DNA of 64,000 nucleotides from Escherichia coli (GTDB lineage Bacteria; Pseudomonadota; Gammaproteobacteria; Enterobacterales; Enterobacteriaceae): NCBI RefSeq assembly GCF_050320075.1, contig NZ_CP190018.1; one strand, 5' to 3'. Shown piece by piece: positions 44,886 to 55,465 of this stretch (position 1 is its first letter; each line of letters starts with the position of its first letter). The notes under the pieces were generated by a model. It saw only the letters and a program-made list of their open reading frames with translations, ran no database searches and was not told where the DNA came from. The position numbers and the translations under genes were made by a program.

Positions 44886-45043
44886 AATATTTACTTTGTA
44901 GCAAGGTTTTCCTATTAAAAGAGAACCAACATTTATTACAAACGCATTAAGTCTGGAAACCCGGCGAGTCGCCAATGTATTAGCAACATTTACCGATTGT
45001 CTGATGTAACGGTTTCCCCGCTTATCCTCTTAACACATGGAGA

Positions 45044-45763
45044 ATGCATCAGATGCAAACTAGGCGTACCCCCTACTCTATTTCCTTTATGGCGACAGTG
45101 TTACTTTTATTGCTCTTTGCTTGCCATAGCACCGTTGCCAACGCAGCTGTCGCACTGGGTGCGACGCGGGTAATTTATCCGGCAAACCAGAAACAGGTTT
45201 TATTGCCTGTCACGAATAATGATCCTGCCAGTGTCTATCTCATTCAGTCATGGATAGAAAATGAGGGTGACCAAAAAGACACCCAGTTTGTCATTACGCC
45301 ACCGCTTTTTTCCATGCAAGGTAAAAAAGAGAATACGCTGCGGATAATCAACGCCACTAATCATCAGTTACCAGGCGACCGTGAAAGCCTGTTCTGGGTT
45401 AATGTTAAAGCTATTCCTGCTATGGAAAAAGATCAGAAGAATGAGAATACATTACAGCTGGCAATTATTAGCCGCATAAAAATGTTTTATCGCCCCACGA
45501 ACCTGGCAATGGCACCTGAAGAAGCGCCTGCAATGCTTCGGTTTCGTCGCAGCGGCAGCAAACTCACTCTTATTAATCCAACGCCCTACTTCATTACCGT
45601 AACAAATATGAAAGCAGGAAATAGCAATCTCCCAAACACCATGGTGCCGCCAAAAGGTGAAGTATCGGTGGATATCCCGCATGCTGCAACCGGGGATATC
45701 AGTTTTCAGACGATCAATGATTACGGTGCATTAACTCCGCGTATTAAGGCAACCATGCAATAA
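45044..45763 (+). CDS. Periplasmic fimbrial chaperone (PapD/FimC family), F9/Fml-like operon
   Basis: 239-aa protein with signal peptide and chaperone motifs (…RVIYPANQK…LFWVNVKAIP…). Confidence 0.82.
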   Translation: MHQMQTRRTPYSISFMATVLLLLLFACHSTVANAAVALGATRVIYPANQKQVLLPVTNNDPASVYLIQSWIENEGDQKDTQFVITPPLFSMQGKKENTLRIINATNHQLPGDRESLFWVNVKAIPAMEKDQKNENTLQLAIISRIKMFYRPTNLAMAPEEAPAMLRFRRSGSKLTLINPTPYFITVTNMKAGNSNLPNTMVPPKGEVSVDIPHAATGDISFQTINDYGALTPRIKATMQ

Positions 45764-45804
45764 GCCAGTGACCTAATTAATAATAAACTCAATCGGAATT
45801 AAAA

Positions 45805-47483
45805 ATGACAGCCTTTCGTGCCGCATTTAAGGCATATCGTATGCATCAGGTGTTACTACTGCCTCGCTTTGCACGGCTTACCATTGCCCTTGGCTTAGCA
45901 ACTGCGGTATTTCCCGTTGACGCAGAGTATTATTTTAATCCACGGTTTTTAAGCAATGATCTTGCTGAATCTGTCGATTTATCCGCCTTTACTAAGGGAC
46001 GCGAGGCACCACCTGGTACATATCGGGTCGACATTTATTTGAACGACGAATTTATGACTAGTCGGGATATTACTTTTATTGCAGATGATAATAACGCAGA
46101 TCTCATCCCATGCCTGAGTACAGATCTTCTTGTCAGTCTTGGCATAAAAAAATCAGCGTTATTAGACAATAAAGAACATTTGGCAGAAAAACATGTGCCG
46201 GACAACAGCGCATGCACACCACTTCAGGATCGTTTGGCCGACGCATCAACTGAGTTTGATGTTGGTCAGCAACATTTGTCACTCTCCGTTCCGCAAATTT
46301 ATGTTGGCAGAATGGCTCGCGGCTATGTTTCTCCTGATCTGTGGGAAGAAGGAATAAATGCTGGGCTTCTAAACTATAGTTTTAATGGTAATTCTATTAA
46401 TAATCGTAGTAACCATAATGCAGGAAAATCCAACTATGCATATTTGAATTTACAGAGTGGCATCAACATTGGTAGTTGGCGACTGCGCGATAACTCAACG
46501 TGGAGTTATAACAGTGGGAGTAGCAATTCATCTGACAGCAATAAATGGCAGCACATCAATACGTCGGCTGAACGTGACATTATTCCCTTACGCTCACGCT
46601 TAACGGTAGGTGATAGTTATACCGATGGCGATATTTTTGATAGTGTGAACTTTCGTGGCCTCAAAATAAATTCAACAGAAGCGATGTTGCCCGATAGCCA
46701 ACATGGTTTCGCTCCGGTGATTCATGGTATTGCCCGCGGCACCGCACAAGTGAGTGTAAAACAGAATGGATACGATGTTTATCAGACTACTGTCCCACCC
46801 GGCCCTTTTACTATTGATGATATCAACTCTGCGGCCAATGGTGGTGATCTGCAAGTAACCATAAAAGAGGCAGACGGCAGTATTCAGACATTATATGTTC
46901 CTTATTCGTCTGTTCCGGTTCTCCAACGTGCTGGATATACGCGTTATGCGCTTGCCATGGGGGAATATCGTAGTGGAAATAACCTGCAAAGCTCCCCCAA
47001 GTTCATACAAGGTAGCTTGATGCATGGACTGGAAGGAAACTGGACACCTTATGGCGGAATGCAAATTGCAGAAGATTATCAAGCCTTCAACCTTGGTATT
47101 GGTAAAGATTTAGGACTTTTTGGTGCCTTTTCTTTCGATATCACGCAGGCCAATACGACACTTGCAGATGGCACCCGTCACAGCGGGCAATCGATTAAAT
47201 CCGTCTACAGCAAATCCTTCTACCAGACGGGAACCAATATCCAGGTCGCAGGATATCGCTATTCTACGCAAGGTTTTTATAACTTATCCGACAGTGCCTA
47301 CAGTCGAATGAGTGGTTACACCGTCAAGCCTCCTACCGGAGACAGCAATGAGCAGACACAATTTATTGATTATTTTAATCTGTTCTACAGTAAGCGTGGT
47401 CAGGAACAAATAAGCATCTCTCAGCAGCTTGGAAATTACGGTACGACATTTTTCAGTGCCAGTCGCCAAAGTTACTGGAACAC
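45805..47483 (+). pseudogene. Fimbrial outer-membrane usher, C-terminally truncated by IS1
   Basis: About 560 aa of usher N-terminal/plug/barrel sequence ending exactly at the IS1 boundary (47484); full ushers are about 850 aa. Confidence 0.85.
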
Positions 47484-47498
47484 GGTAATGACTCCAAC

Positions 47499-48002
47499 TT
47501 ACTGATAGTGTTTTATGTTCAGATAATGCCCGATGACCTTGTCATGCAGCTCCACCGATTTTGAGAACGACAGTGACTTCCGTCCCAGCCTTGCCAGATG
47601 TTGTCTCAGATTCAGGTTATGCCGCTCAATTCGCTGAGTGTAACGCTTGCTGATTACGTGCAGCTTTCCCTTCAGGCGGGATTCATACAGCGGCCAGCCA
47701 TCCGTCATCCATACCACGACCTCAAAGGCCGACAGCAGGCTTAGAAGACGCTCCAGTGTGGCCAGAGTGCGTTCACCGAATACGTGCGCAACAACCGTCT
47801 TCCGGAGCCTGTCATACGCGTAAAACAGCCAGCGCTGGCGCGATTTAGCCCCGACGTATCCCCACTGTTCGTCCATTTCCGCGCAGACGATGACGTCACT
47901 GCCCGGCTGTATGCGCGAGGTTACCGACTGCGGCCTGAGTTTTTTAAATGGCGGAAAATCGTGTTGAGGCCAACGCCCATAATGCGGGCGGTTGCCCGGC
48001 AT
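47499..48002 (-). CDS. insB: IS1 InsB (transposase catalytic part; InsAB' made by frameshift)
   Basis: 167-aa ORF recognised as InsB; overlaps insA in the -1 frame. Confidence 0.92.
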   Translation of the reverse strand: MPGNRPHYGRWPQHDFPPFKKLRPQSVTSRIQPGSDVIVCAEMDEQWGYVGAKSRQRWLFYAYDRLRKTVVAHVFGERTLATLERLLSLLSAFEVVVWMTDGWPLYESRLKGKLHVISKRYTQRIERHNLNLRQHLARLGRKSLSFSKSVELHDKVIGHYLNIKHYQ

Positions 48003-48196
48003 CCAACGCCATTCATGGCCATATCAATGATTTTCTGGTGCGTACCGGGTTGAGAAGCGGTGTAAGTGAACTGCAGTTGCCATGTTTTACGGCAGTGAGA
48101 GCAGAGATAGCGCTGATGTCCGGCGGTGCTTTTGCCGTTACGCACCACCCCGTCAGTAGCTGAACAGGAGGGACAGCTGATAGAAACAGAAGCCAC
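47921..48196 (-). CDS. insA: IS1 InsA protein
   Basis: 91-aa zinc-finger/HTH protein [23 protein letters not shown]…. Confidence 0.95.
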   Translation of the reverse strand: MASVSISCPSCSATDGVVRNGKSTAGHQRYLCSHCRKTWQLQFTYTASQPGTHQKIIDMAMNGVGCRATARIMGVGLNTIFRHLKNSGRSR

Positions 48197-48251
48197 TGGA
48201 GCACCTCAAAAACACCATCATACACTAAATCAGTAAGTTGGCAGCATCACC

Positions 48252-48462
48252 CAAAAATGAAGGTACTGCCGAAAATATTCAGATAGAGCTAAGGGATGAC
48301 CAGGATGCGACGTTAAAAAATGGCGATAGCAAAACGGTTATTGTTGATGAGATCACTCGTAATGCACAGTTTCCACTTAAGGCAAGAGCTATCACGGTGA
48401 ATGGAAACGCAAGCCAGGGAACGATCGAGGCGCTAATCAATGTGATCTACACCTGGCAATAA
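48252..48462 (+). pseudogene. C-terminal fragment of a fimbrial minor subunit (FimF/FimG-like), N-terminus deleted at the IS1 junction
   Basis: Reading frame continues from the IS1 end to …GTIEALINVIYTWQ*, a fimbrial-subunit C-terminal strand; no start codon or signal peptide of its own. Confidence 0.6.
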
Positions 48463-48521
48463 CGTCGATTCGATTTTCTTAGCCTCCTTTTTAAATCAAT
48501 TTTTTAACCTTAGGATATATC

Positions 48522-49436
48522 ATGGGTAAAACAATAAGTATGAAGCTTCTGTTCGGTATTTATCTTCTATTAATGGCAGGCAAAGTTTTTGCCTTCAGTT
48601 GTAATGTCGATGGCGGGTCAAGTATTGGAGCAGGTACAACCTCTGTTTATGTTAATCTCGACCCTGTAATACAACCGGGCCAGAATCTGGTTGTAGACTT
48701 GTCTCAGCACATAAGTTGCTGGAATGATTACGGCGGCTGGTACGACACTGATCATATAAACCTGGTACAAGGCTCAGCTTTCGCAGGCTCTCTACAGTCA
48801 TATAAAGGATCGCTGTACTGGAATAATGTGACCTACCCCTTCCCGTTGACGACAAATACTAATGTATTAGATATTGGTGATAAGACACCGATGCCATTAC
48901 CGTTAAAACTCTATATTACCCCAGTCGGTGCGGCCGGTGGAGTTGTCATAAAAGCCGGGGAAGTTATTGCCCGTATTCATATGTATAAAATTGCCACGTT
49001 AGGAAGTGGAAATCCGCGTAATTTTACGTGGAATATTATTTCAAATAACAGTGTTGTTATGCCAACAGGCGGCTGCACCGTTGATAGTCGTAATGTCAAC
49101 GTGAATCTCCCGGACTTTCCTGGAAGCGCAGAAATACCCCTTGGCGTATATTGCTCAAGTGAACAAAAGCTCTCATTTTATCTTTCGGGTGCTACCACTG
49201 ACAGTGCCAGACAAGTGTTTGCTAACACAGCACCAGATGCAACAAAAGCATCGGGAGTGGGTGTCTCTCTGATGCGTAATGGAAAAATACTGGCTACGGG
49301 AGAAAACGTCTCCCTGGGGACAGTAAATAAAAGCAAAGTACCTCTGGGTTTAAGCGCAACCTATGGACAAACAGGAAACAAGGTTGCAGCCGGAACCGTC
49401 CAGTCAGTCATTGGTGTCACTTTTATCTATGAATAA
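48522..49436 (+). CDS. ydeQ: Fimbrial tip adhesin (FimH-like; YdeQ/FmlD-like)
   Basis: 304-aa protein with signal peptide, N-terminal lectin-like domain with Cys pair and C-terminal pilin domain; directly upstream of ydeP. Confidence 0.75.
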   Translation: MGKTISMKLLFGIYLLLMAGKVFAFSCNVDGGSSIGAGTTSVYVNLDPVIQPGQNLVVDLSQHISCWNDYGGWYDTDHINLVQGSAFAGSLQSYKGSLYWNNVTYPFPLTTNTNVLDIGDKTPMPLPLKLYITPVGAAGGVVIKAGEVIARIHMYKIATLGSGNPRNFTWNIISNNSVVMPTGGCTVDSRNVNVNLPDFPGSAEIPLGVYCSSEQKLSFYLSGATTDSARQVFANTAPDATKASGVGVSLMRNGKILATGENVSLGTVNKSKVPLGLSATYGQTGNKVAAGTVQSVIGVTFIYE

Positions 49437-49507
49437 TTGTGATTTTGACATTGGTCTATGCGCTCCATTCACGAAAATTGCGCGGATATTTATTTTGTGA
49501 AGGCTAT

Positions 49508-49526
49508 TATCCTACATCTGTAAGAA
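49508..49526 (+). promoter_or_regulatory. EvgA box upstream of ydeP
   Basis: TATCCTACA-TC-TGTAAGAA matches the EvgA inverted-repeat consensus TTCPyTACA-N2-TGTPuGAA; ydeP is a known direct EvgA target. Confidence 0.7.
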
Positions 49527-49768
49527 AATCCGCGCACAATTGAAGCCAGAGTCTTATTTTTTATATTGAAAAATATGTTAATTTAAACACTATGAGAGAT
49601 GATGCTTAATTTATCGTATTTAATCTTTTGTTTAACGATAATAGATTAAAATAGAAAGAGAGTAGTCCCCTACTCTTATATATCCATGTTGACGATAATC
49701 CCTTTGTATATACTGTGCATCATCGCTATTACAAATCCTAATAATTCATTTCCACACAGGATAAGCAG

Positions 49769-52048
49769 ATGAAGAAAAAAATTGAATCCTACCAGGGAGC
49801 TGCCGGTGGTTGGGGTGCTGTTAAATCCGTAGCGAATGCAGTACGTAAGCAGATGGATATACGCCAGGATGTTATTGCCATGTTTGACATGAATAAGCCA
49901 GAGGGCTTTGACTGTCCGGGTTGTGCATGGCCAGATCCTAAGCACAGTGCGTCATTCGACATTTGTGAAAACGGCGCAAAAGCAATCGCCTGGGAAGTCA
50001 CGGATAAGCAGGTAAACGCCTCTTTCTTTGCTGAGAATACGGTTCAATCATTACTTACCTGGGGAGACCACGAGCTTGAGGCTGCGGGGCGTCTCACCCA
50101 GCCTTTGAAATATGATGCCGTCAGCGACTGTTACAAGCCATTAAGCTGGCAACAAGCTTTCGACGAAATTGGCGAACGCCTTCAAAGCTATAGTGATCCC
50201 AATCAGGTTGAATTCTATACTTCGGGCCGCACTTCCAATGAAGCTGCCTTTCTTTATCAGCTTTTTGCCCGTGAATACGGGAGCAATAACTTCCCCGACT
50301 GCTCCAACATGTGCCATGAACCGACCAGTGTGGGTTTGGCAGCGAGTATCGGTGTAGGTAAAGGGACCGTGTTGCTGGAAGACTTTGAGAAATGCGATTT
50401 AGTCATTTGCATTGGGCATAACCCTGGTACAAACCACCCTCGCATGTTGACTTCGTTGCGCGCTTTAGTGAAACGGGGAGCGAAAATGATCGCCATCAAT
50501 CCTCTACAGGAACGTGGCCTGGAGCGATTTACCGCACCGCAAAACCCGTTTGAAATGCTGACGAACTCTGAGACTCAGTTGGCCAGTGCCTACTATAACG
50601 TGCGCATTGGTGGTGATATGGCGTTGCTCAAGGGGATGATGCGCCTGTTAATTGAGCGCGATGATGCTGCAAGCGCCGCAGGTCGGCCCTCATTGCTGGA
50701 TGACGAATTTATTCAAACGCATACCGTCGGCTTTGACGAGCTACGCCGTGACGTGCTCAATTCCGAGTGGAAAGATATCGAACGTATTTCTGGATTAAGT
50801 CAGACTCAAATCGCCGAACTGGCTGATGCATATGCCGCTGCCGAACGCACCATTATCTGTTACGGAATGGGGATCACTCAGCACGAACATGGTACCCAGA
50901 ATGTACAGCAACTGGTCAATCTGCTGTTGATGAAAGGTAACATTGGCAAGCCTGGTGCGGGTATCTGCCCACTACGAGGTCACTCTAATGTACAGGGCGA
51001 CCGAACCGTCGGTATCACCGAGAAACCGTCTGCAGAGTTTCTGGCTCGCCTGGGTGAGCGCTATGGTTTCACCCCACCTCATGCACCTGGACATGCTGCA
51101 ATTGCCAGCATGCAAGCAATATGTACGGGGCAGGCTCGAGCATTGATCTGCATGGGGGGCAACTTTGCTCTGGCAATGCCAGATCGGGAAGCGAGCGCTG
51201 TACCGTTAACACAATTAGATCTGACGGTACACGTAGCCACTAAGCTTAACCGCTCTCATCTGCTGACCGCACGGCATAGCTATATTCTGCCGGTTCTGGG
51301 ACGCAGCGAGATTGACATGCAAAAAAGCGGTGCGCAGGCGGTAACCGTTGAGGATTCAATGTCGATGATTCATGCCTCGCGTGGCGTGTTAAAACCCGCC
51401 GGTGTAATGCTGAAATCAGAGTGTGCAGTGGTCGCGGGAATCGCGCAGGCAGCACTACCCCAGAGCGTGGTAGCCTGGGAGTATCTGGTGGAAGATTATG
51501 ATCGCATTCGCAATGACATTGAAGCTGTGCTGCCAGAGTTCGCCGACTATAACCAGCGCATCCGTCATCCCGGTGGTTTTCACCTGATAAATGCAGCTGC
51601 TGAAAGGCGCTGGATGACGCCGTCAGGTAAGGCTAATTTCATTACCAGTAAAGGGCTGTTAGAAGATCCCTCTTCAGCGTTTAACAGTAAGCTAGTCATG
51701 GCGACAGTACGCAGTCACGATCAGTACAACACGACGATTTATGGTATGGATGATCGCTATCGAGGGGTATTCGGTCAACGAGATGTGGTCTTTATGAGTG
51801 CTAAACAAGCTAAAATTTGCCGTGTAAAAAACGGCGAAAGAGTTAATCTTATTGCGCTTACGCCAGACGGTAAGCGAAGCTCACGCCGCATGGATAGATT
51901 AAAAGTGGTCATTTACCCTATGGCTGACCGCTCACTGGTGACCTATTTTCCAGAATCGAATCACATGCTAACACTTGATAACCACGATCCATTAAGTGGC
52001 ATTCCTGGCTATAAAAGTATTCCGGTTGAATTAGAACCATCAAATTAA
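49769..52048 (+). CDS. ydeP: Molybdopterin-type oxidoreductase YdeP (acid-resistance associated)
   Basis: 759-aa formate-dehydrogenase-like protein starting [20 protein letters not shown]…. Confidence 0.9.
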   Translation: MKKKIESYQGAAGGWGAVKSVANAVRKQMDIRQDVIAMFDMNKPEGFDCPGCAWPDPKHSASFDICENGAKAIAWEVTDKQVNASFFAENTVQSLLTWGDHELEAAGRLTQPLKYDAVSDCYKPLSWQQAFDEIGERLQSYSDPNQVEFYTSGRTSNEAAFLYQLFAREYGSNNFPDCSNMCHEPTSVGLAASIGVGKGTVLLEDFEKCDLVICIGHNPGTNHPRMLTSLRALVKRGAKMIAINPLQERGLERFTAPQNPFEMLTNSETQLASAYYNVRIGGDMALLKGMMRLLIERDDAASAAGRPSLLDDEFIQTHTVGFDELRRDVLNSEWKDIERISGLSQTQIAELADAYAAAERTIICYGMGITQHEHGTQNVQQLVNLLLMKGNIGKPGAGICPLRGHSNVQGDRTVGITEKPSAEFLARLGERYGFTPPHAPGHAAIASMQAICTGQARALICMGGNFALAMPDREASAVPLTQLDLTVHVATKLNRSHLLTARHSYILPVLGRSEIDMQKSGAQAVTVEDSMSMIHASRGVLKPAGVMLKSECAVVAGIAQAALPQSVVAWEYLVEDYDRIRNDIEAVLPEFADYNQRIRHPGGFHLINAAAERRWMTPSGKANFITSKGLLEDPSSAFNSKLVMATVRSHDQYNTTIYGMDDRYRGVFGQRDVVFMSAKQAKICRVKNGERVNLIALTPDGKRSSRRMDRLKVVIYPMADRSLVTYFPESNHMLTLDNHDPLSGIPGYKSIPVELEPSN

Positions 52049-52061
52049 TTCGCCTCCTCAT

Positions 52062-52092
52062 TTCTTCTGCTGTCATCCGCACAGCAGAAGAA
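52062..52092 (+). terminator. Strong hairpin downstream of ydeP (12-bp stem), probable terminator
   Basis: TTCTTCTGCTGT-CATCCGC-ACAGCAGAAGAA perfect inverted repeat; weak T-tract. Confidence 0.5.
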
Positions 52093-52165
52093 TTCCTCAT
52101 TGACCATTGTCGCGCAATTTACTCACATGTGCTAAATTAAACTGCTCGTTATAAGATATATACCT

Positions 52166-52184
52166 CCGCCTACAGCTGTAAGAA
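52166..52184 (+). promoter_or_regulatory. EvgA box upstream of safA-ydeO
   Basis: CCGCCTACA-GC-TGTAAGAA; part of a block of about 50 bp paralogous to the ydeP upstream element; safA-ydeO is a known EvgA target. Confidence 0.65.
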
Positions 52185-52295
52185 ACTCCGCTCAGTACTG
52201 AAGCGCCAGTCCTATTTCCTCTATTCTCCAGCCTGTTATATTAAGCATACTGATTAACGATTTTTAACGTTATCCGCTAAATAAACATATTTGAA

Positions 52296-52493
52296 ATGCA
52301 TGCGACCACAGTGAAAAACAAAATCACGCAAAGAGACAACTATAAAGAAATCATGTCTGTAATTGTGGTTGTCTTATTACTGACACTTACGTTGATAGCC
52401 ATTTTTTCGGCAATTGATCAGCTGGGTATTTCAGAAATGGGTCGCATTGCAAGGGATCTTACACATTTCATTATCAATAGTTTGCAAGACTGA
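52296..52493 (+). CDS. safA: Two-component-system connector SafA (small membrane protein)
   Basis: 65-aa single-TM protein MHATTVKNKITQRDNYKEIMSVIVVVLLLTLTLIAIF…. Confidence 0.88.
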   Translation: MHATTVKNKITQRDNYKEIMSVIVVVLLLTLTLIAIFSAIDQLGISEMGRIARDLTHFIINSLQD

Positions 52494-52567
52494 AAATAAA
52501 CAGCAAATTATAAATATGAAATGTTAAAAAAGTATCGATAAAAACTTTATTGTTTTAAGGAGATAAA

Positions 52568-53329
52568 ATGTCGCTCGTTTGTTCTGTTATATTTATTCAT
52601 CATGCCTTCAACGCTAACATTTTAGATAAAGATTACGCCTTCTCTGACGGCGAGATCCTGATGGTAGATAACGCTGTTCGTACGCATTTTGAACCTTATG
52701 AGCGGCATTTCAAAGAAATCGGATTTAATGAAAATACCATTAAAAAATATCTACAATGCACTAACATCCAGACAGTGACGGTGCCTGTTCCTGCGAAGTT
52801 TTTACGTGCTTCAAATGTACCGACTGGATTGCTTAATGAAATGATTGCTTATCTCAACTCGGAAGAACGCAATCATCATAATTTTTCAGAACTTTTGCTT
52901 TTTTCTTGCCTGTCTATTTTTGCCGCATGCAAAGGTTTCATTACACTATTAACTAACGGTGTGCTATCCGTTTCTGGGAAAGTGAGAAATATTGTCAACA
53001 TGAAGCTGGCGCACCCATGGAAGCTGAAAGATATTTGTGACTGCCTGTACATTAGTGAAAGCCTGTTGAAGAAAAAACTAAAGCAAGAGCAAACGACATT
53101 CTCACAGATTCTTTTAGATGCCAGAATGCAGCACGCAAAAAATTTGATACGCGTAGAAGGTTCAGTCAATAAAATTGCCGAACAATGTGGTTATGCGAGT
53201 ACATCTTATTTTATTTATGCGTTCCGCAAACATTTTGGCAACAGTCCAAAGAGAGTTTCTAAGGAGTACCGTTGTCAAAGGCACACGGGTATGAATAAGG
53301 GCAACACGATGAATGCTTTAGCTATTTGA
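52568..53329 (+). CDS. ydeO: AraC-family acid-resistance regulator YdeO
   Basis: 253-aa protein with C-terminal AraC HTH; downstream of safA. Confidence 0.88.
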   Translation: MSLVCSVIFIHHAFNANILDKDYAFSDGEILMVDNAVRTHFEPYERHFKEIGFNENTIKKYLQCTNIQTVTVPVPAKFLRASNVPTGLLNEMIAYLNSEERNHHNFSELLLFSCLSIFAACKGFITLLTNGVLSVSGKVRNIVNMKLAHPWKLKDICDCLYISESLLKKKLKQEQTTFSQILLDARMQHAKNLIRVEGSVNKIAEQCGYASTSYFIYAFRKHFGNSPKRVSKEYRCQRHTGMNKGNTMNALAI

Positions 53330-53378
53330 TTATTTGCTAACGAGTAGTCAACCACGCACCCTACGTAAAAATTAAAAT

Positions 53379-53410
53379 GGGGCAGCCATTCCCTGCCCCG
53401 CGTTGTTTTT
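53379..53410 (+). terminator. Rho-independent terminator downstream of ydeO
   Basis: GGGGCAG-CCATTCC-CTGCCCC hairpin followed by GCGTTGTTTTT. Confidence 0.7.
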
Positions 53411-53731
53411 AGGCGATATATTTATTGAAATAAACAAGTGACATTCATCACATATTTATGCATTTGCATAACCTGTTGCATGATTATTTATGATTTCAAT
53501 TCGGAATTTTGTCAGTAAAATACAATAATTCATTAAATATCAATAGATTAGTTGTTTATCTGCGAGAAATTACTTAGTAGAATAGAAAGTAATGTCAACA
53601 GTTTATGGACTGTTATTTCTCTTTTTTTAGCTAAATCTGCTATCTCTTTATGTGACTAACTTCACTTACATTCACTTATTTCTCTTCGTAAAATTACTTT
53701 GGAATTAAGTACAATAAGAAGAGGAACATTT

Positions 53732-55414
53732 ATGAAGTCTGCATTAAAGAAAAGTGTCGTAAGTACCTCGATATCTTTGATACTGGCATCTGGTATGGCT
53801 GCATTTGCTGCTCATGCGGCAGATGATGTAAAGCTGAAAGCAACCAAAACAAACGTCGCTTTCTCAGACTTTACGCCGACTGAATACAGTACCAAAGGAA
53901 AGCCAAATATTATCGTACTGACCATGGATGATCTTGGTTATGGACAACTTCCTTTTGATAAGGGATCTTTTGACCCAAAAACAATGGAAAATCGTGAAGT
54001 TGTCGATACCTACAAAATAGGGATAGATAAAGCCATTGAAGCTGCACAAAAATCAACGCCGACGCTCCTTTCATTAATGGATGAAGGCGTACGTTTTACT
54101 AACGGCTATGTGGCGCACGGTGTTTCCGGCCCCTCCCGCGCCGCAATAATGACCGGTCGAGCGCCCGCCCGCTTTGGTGTCTATTCCAATACCGATGCTC
54201 AGGATGGTATTCCGCTAACAGAAACTTTCTTGCCTGAATTATTCCAGAATCATGGTTATTACACTGCAGCAGTAGGTAAATGGCACTTGTCAAAAATCAG
54301 TAATGTGCCAGTACCGGAAGATAAACAAACGCGTGACTATCATGACAACTTCACCACCTATTCTGCGGAAGAATGGCAACCTCAAAACCGTGGCTTTGAT
54401 TACTTTATGGGATTCCACGCTGCAGGAACGGCATATTACAACTCCCCTTCACTGTTCAAAAATCGTGAACGCGTCCCCGCAAAAGGTTATATCAGCGATC
54501 AGTTAACCGATGAGGCAATTGGCGTTGTTGATCGTGCCAAAACACTTGACCAGCCTTTTATGCTTTACCTGGCTTATAATGCTCCGCACCTGCCAAATGA
54601 TAATCCTGCACCGGAGCAATATCAGAAGCAATTTAATACCGGTAGTCAAACGGCAGATAACTACTACGCTTCCGTTTATTCTGTTGATCAGGGTGTAAAA
54701 CGCATTCTCGAACAACTGAAGAAAAACGGACAGTATGACAATACTATTATTCTCTTTACCTCCGATAATGGTGCGGTTATCGATGGTCCTCTGCCGCTGA
54801 ACGGGGCGCAAAAAGGCTATAAGAGTCAGACCTATCCTGGCGGTACTCACACCCCAATGTTTATGTGGTGGAAAGGAAAACTTCAACCCGGTAATTATGA
54901 CAAGCTGATTTCCGCAATGGATTTCTACCCGACAGCTCTTGATGCAGCCGATATCAGCATTCCAAAAGACCTTAAGCTGGATGGCGTTTCCTTGCTGCCC
55001 TGGTTGCAAGATAAGAAACAAGGCGAGCCACATAAAAATCTGACCTGGATAACCTCTTATTCTCACTGGTTTGATGAGGAAAATATTCCATTCTGGGATA
55101 ATTACCACAAATTTGTCCGTCATCAGTCAGACGATTACCCGCATAACCCCAACACCGAGGACTTAAGCCAATTCTCTTATACGGTGAGAAATAACGATTA
55201 TTCGCTAGTCTATACAGTAGAAAACAATCAGTTAGGTCTATACAAACTGACGGATCTACAGCAAAAAGATAACCTTGCCGCCGCCAATCCGCAGGTCGTT
55301 AAAGAGATGCAAGGCGTGGTAAGAGAGTTTATCGACAGCAGCCAACCACCGCTTAGCGAGGTAAATCAGGAGAAGTTTAACAATATCAAGAAAGCACTAA
55401 GCGAAGCGAAATAA
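53732..55414 (+). CDS. ydeN: Putative sulfatase YdeN
   Basis: About 560-aa protein with signal peptide and sulfatase fold; active-site region SGPSRAAIMTGR carries Ser at the formylglycine position; ORF track start 53699 is probably an extension. Confidence 0.85.
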   Translation: MKSALKKSVVSTSISLILASGMAAFAAHAADDVKLKATKTNVAFSDFTPTEYSTKGKPNIIVLTMDDLGYGQLPFDKGSFDPKTMENREVVDTYKIGIDKAIEAAQKSTPTLLSLMDEGVRFTNGYVAHGVSGPSRAAIMTGRAPARFGVYSNTDAQDGIPLTETFLPELFQNHGYYTAAVGKWHLSKISNVPVPEDKQTRDYHDNFTTYSAEEWQPQNRGFDYFMGFHAAGTAYYNSPSLFKNRERVPAKGYISDQLTDEAIGVVDRAKTLDQPFMLYLAYNAPHLPNDNPAPEQYQKQFNTGSQTADNYYASVYSVDQGVKRILEQLKKNGQYDNTIILFTSDNGAVIDGPLPLNGAQKGYKSQTYPGGTHTPMFMWWKGKLQPGNYDKLISAMDFYPTALDAADISIPKDLKLDGVSLLPWLQDKKQGEPHKNLTWITSYSHWFDEENIPFWDNYHKFVRHQSDDYPHNPNTEDLSQFSYTVRNNDYSLVYTVENNQLGLYKLTDLQQKDNLAAANPQVVKEMQGVVREFIDSSQPPLSEVNQEKFNNIKKALSEAK

Positions 55415-55465
55415 CTAAACCTTCATGCGGCGGATTTTTCCGCCGCCTTATTGAGCGAGATAGCG

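Larger units (their letters stand above)
47484..48251 (-). mobile_element. Insertion sequence IS1 (768 bp, complete)
   Basis: IS1 terminal sequences GGTAATGACTCCAACTTA (47484…) and …GCAGCATCACC (48251); contains insA and insB in canonical arrangement. Confidence 0.95.

Noticed and set aside
35034-45043. Possibility that the island is a prophage or integrative element
   Set aside because: No integrase, no phage structural or replication genes and no flanking tRNA or attachment-site-like direct repeats were recognised; only one degraded IS transposase
54503-55123. 206-aa minus-strand ORF overlapping ydeN
   Set aside because: Antisense to the sulfatase gene with low-complexity composition; no evidence of independent function
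55415-55450. GCGGCGGA-TTTT-TCCGCCGC hairpin between ydeN and ydeM, considered as a terminator
   Set aside because: Only 15 bp before the ydeM start and lacks a T-tract; more likely a stabilising or attenuating stem within an operon than a true terminator
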